Below are positions 61,531-64,000 of a DNA stretch of 64,000 bases, piece by piece; position 1 is the stretch's first letter; every line of letters starts with the position of its first letter. The notes beneath the pieces are model-generated. The model was not told the DNA's origin and searched no databases. It saw only the letters and a program-made list of their open reading frames with translations. The stretch lies in assembly GCA_039979015.1 (NCBI GenBank), contig JBDWAD010000017.1, positions 195,237 through 259,236 of the forward strand, in the 5' to 3' direction. This DNA comes from Halioglobus sp. Lineage in GTDB: Bacteria > Pseudomonadota > Gammaproteobacteria > Pseudomonadales > Halieaceae. The translations under genes and the position numbers were made by a program.

Positions 61531-64000
61531 CTAACTGGTGGTGGAGAGCGGCGCAGCGTCTGGCCCGGGCGATGTCGATCGTTTTCTGCGGAAGTGATCG
61601 ACCTTTTCTTTCAGGGTAATCGGCAGGGCTAACATGGCGGGCGTTGCTATCAGTGTCAGCAGCGTCGCGAATGTCAGGCCAAAGACGATGGCCTGGGAAA
61701 GAGGCCCCCAGAACATGGCCATTTCGCCGTTTGCGGTGACCGTGCGGGAGATGAGGTCTATCGAGTAGCCGCAAGCCAGTGGCAGAAGCCCGCAAACCGT
61801 GGTCACGGTAGTAAGCAGCACAGGTCTCAGTCTTTGCGCCGTGGCCCTCACAATAACGACGCGAGTATCCAGGTCAGGGTGAAGCTTTCTCAGGTGGTTA
61901 AACGTATCAATCAAGATGATGTTGTTGTTGACGACAATACCTGCGAGCGCGAGTATGCCGACTCCGGTCAGCAGGGCGCTGAACGGACTTCCCAGCACCA
62001 ATAGACCCAGCAGAACGCCCGCGGTCGACATCACCACGGCGGCCAGTATGAGCAGGCTCTGATAAAAGTTATTGAACTGGGTAACAAGCAGAATAAACAT
62101 TAGCGCGAGGGCCAGCGTAAACGCAGCAGAGACAAATGCCATGGAGTCGGCCTGCTCTTCATTGGCACCTCTAAATCGAATGGTAATGGCCGGGTCGAAG
62201 TTCTGCTGTTGCAGCCATTGGTCTATGTCTTTGACCATCGCATCTGCCATTATCCCTTCTCTGACATCCGCGCGGATCAGTTCCACTGGCAGCCCATCAA
62301 TTCGCTTGAAAGAGTCCACCCCGGGAGCAGGGACAATTTTAACGAAGTTGCTCAGGGGTATCATGCCTTCGCTGGTGCTAAGCCTTAACTGTTCAATCGC
62401 TGTCGTACCGCGCTCGGCGGTGGGGTAGCGCACCCTGATATCGAGAGAGTCATCGGCATTGTTGGGTCTGTATTCCGCAACTTTCACTCCGTTGGTAACC
62501 ATCTGCACGGCGAGACCTGCAGCAGAGACATCCGCTCCGTAAAGCGCCGCCTGGGTTCTGTCTACCTCTACCCGCCACTCTATTGAAGGGAGGGCGGCGG
62601 TGTCATCGATGTCGACCAGCTCAGGTAGCGTATCCAGGTAGGCGCGCACCTGCGCCATCGCTGGTTCAAGCAACGCGCGTTCAATGGAGGTGAGTTCAAT
62701 CTGTATGGGCTTACCCACCGGAGGCCCTTTTTCAAGAGGCCTGATCTCTACTCGGATCCCCGCCAGATGCTCCGTGCGGTCACGCACTTCGCGCATGATG
62801 TCATTGCCTCTTAGCTCGCGCTCCGACTCTGCAAAAAGTTCCAGGAAGATCGACCCGATGCGGTCGCTGCTGCTGCTCATGGATTCACTGCCGCCGGGCA
62901 ACATGGTCTGTGTGTTGACAAAACGAATGCCGGGGATTGCGATGATTTCATCTTCAACTTCACGAACTAGCTGATTGACCTCATCGGCTGAGAAGTTGCC
63001 GCGTCCCAAAACGGACACCTTGATAAACTGAGGATCTGCATCGGAAAAAAAGATAGTTCCAACACCAAACTTCCCATACGCCCAAAAAATACTTCCGAGT
63101 AAGCCCAGTACCAAGGTCATGGTCAACGCGGGGCGATTGCAAACCACGGTTAGCAAGCGGGCAAAGGTGCCGGTGAATGAATTAAGCTGCACGGGGTCCA
63201 CAGACTCGCGTTGCACCTGATCTCGCATGGCGCTGGCTGCTTGCGCGGACGGCCGGCCGAGCAGCGATCCAAGTACCGGGCCAAACACCAGTGCATAAAA
63301 GAGCGAGCCAATGAGGACAGTGAAAACGGTGATAGGCAGATAAGCCATGAACTGTCCTGACACGCCCGGCCAAAACAGCATGGGTAAAAAGGCGGCCAAT
63401 GTGGTGGCTGTGGATGCAGTCACTGGCCAAAACATGCGTTTTACTGACTCCTTGTAGGCGTTTTGATGATCCATACCCTCGGCCATCATTCTATTGGCGT
63501 ATTCGGTGACAACGATCCCACCATCAATCAGCATTCCCAGGCCCAGCAACATGCCGAACATGACCATGAAATTGAAAGTAAAGCCCAGCAGGTAAATGAC
63601 GACGACCGAAAATAGCAGCGAGAAGGGAATTCCAAGGCCAACGATCACGCCGCTTCGAAAACCCATAGTGGCAACGACCAAAACCATGACGAGTGCCAGC
63701 GCGGTGAGAATGTTGCCTTCAAGTTCCCTTACCTGAACCATGGCAAACTCTGCCTGGTTTTGAGAAACCACAACTTCCATGCCTGCCGGCAGACTTGCCC
63801 TGGTGGTATCTACGCGCGCTAAAACATGCTCTACCGTATCGATCACGTTGGCGTTGGCACGTTTTTTTACATCGATAGAAATTGCGTCACGGCCATTGTA
63901 ACGAGCGTGGCTGACGCGATCTTTGAACGTCCTCCTTACTGTAGCAACGTCCTGCAGAGTCACAGCCGTTTCCGCAGAGGTGCGAATAGGAATGCTCAGC
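61531..64000 (-). CDS. RND efflux transporter permease subunit (AcrB/AcrD/AcrF family), N-terminus beyond the right window edge
   Basis: The minus-strand frame stays open to position 64000 (…LSIPIRTSAETA precedes the track's first residue). There are more than 820 aa of typical AcrB-like sequence (TM clusters alternating with porter domains; ...ILLVTQFNNFYQSLLILAAV...). Confidence 0.9.
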   Translation of the reverse strand, partial: LSIPIRTSAETAVTLQDVATVRRTFKDRVSHARYNGRDAISIDVKKRANANVIDTVEHVLARVDTTRASLPAGMEVVVSQNQAEFAMVQVRELEGNILTALALVMVLVVATMGFRSGVIVGLGIPFSLLFSVVVIYLLGFTFNFMVMFGMLLGLGMLIDGGIVVTEYANRMMAEGMDHQNAYKESVKRMFWPVTASTATTLAAFLPMLFWPGVSGQFMAYLPITVFTVLIGSLFYALVFGPVLGSLLGRPSAQAASAMRDQVQRESVDPVQLNSFTGTFARLLTVVCNRPALTMTLVLGLLGSIFWAYGKFGVGTIFFSDADPQFIKVSVLGRGNFSADEVNQLVREVEDEIIAIPGIRFVNTQTMLPGGSESMSSSSDRIGSIFLELFAESERELRGNDIMREVRDRTEHLAGIRVEIRPLEKGPPVGKPIQIELTSIERALLEPAMAQVRAYLDTLPELVDIDDTAALPSIEWRVEVDRTQAALYGADVSAAGLAVQMVTNGVKVAEYRPNNADDSLDIRVRYPTAERGTTAIEQLRLSTSEGMIPLSNFVKIVPAPGVDSFKRIDGLPVELIRADVREGIMADAMVKDIDQWLQQQNFDPAITIRFRGANEEQADSMAFVSAAFTLALALMFILLVTQFNNFYQSLLILAAVVMSTAGVLLGLLVLGSPFSALLTGVGILALAGIVVNNNIILIDTFNHLRKLHPDLDTRVVIVRATAQRLRPVLLTTVTTVCGLLPLACGYSIDLISRTVTANGEMAMFWGPLSQAIVFGLTFATLLTLIATPAMLALPITLKEKVDHFRRKRSTSPGPDAAPLSTTS

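Overview
This 64-kb window is from a gammaproteobacterial chromosome. Gene order resembles Pseudomonadales/Cellvibrionales-type marine gammaproteobacteria, but I cannot name the species from sequence alone.

Positions ~1.9-39.3 kb are densely packed, conserved housekeeping loci:
- queA-tgt
- a CorC/YpjD-like membrane pair divergent from ffh
- rpsP-rimM-trmD-rplS
- xerD-dsbC-aminotransferase-hom-thrC-recJ
- a gabD/omega-aminotransferase pair with a divergent LysR regulator
- a CueR-type regulator with a textbook 19-bp-spacer MerR-family promoter and a Cys-rich permease
- rluA, then accA-tilS
- pyrG-kdsA-eno-ftsB-ispD-ispF-truD-pcm-(DUF368)-nlpD-rpoS

After the rpoS terminator (~39.28 kb) the content becomes accessory:
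- a CoA-transferase / amidase / PPOX / FAD-dehydrogenase cluster
- an extra CsrA paralog with a small partner ORF
- a TPR-Asp/Asn-beta-hydroxylase
- a peptide-scavenging set (proline iminopeptidase, POT transporter, M28 peptidase)
- a NYN-domain protein
- a glycosyltransferase/outer-membrane-barrel pair
- a TonB-dependent receptor
- a quinohemoprotein PQQ alcohol dehydrogenase
- a TspO-like membrane protein
- a truncated RND pump at the right edge

There is one tRNA (Leu-CAA). I saw no rRNA, CRISPR array, IS/transposase, phage integrase or recognisable named defence system.

The best candidate for something undescribed is at 44.77-45.43 kb. A perfect -24/-12 (sigma-54) promoter with upstream repeat motifs drives a long-tailed CsrA paralog. 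That gene is translationally coupled (ATGA) to a 71-aa protein made of two YGGxD...W repeats, and the pair is convergent with the eukaryote-like TPR-AspH hydroxylase. All family calls come from reading the translations; no database search was possible.
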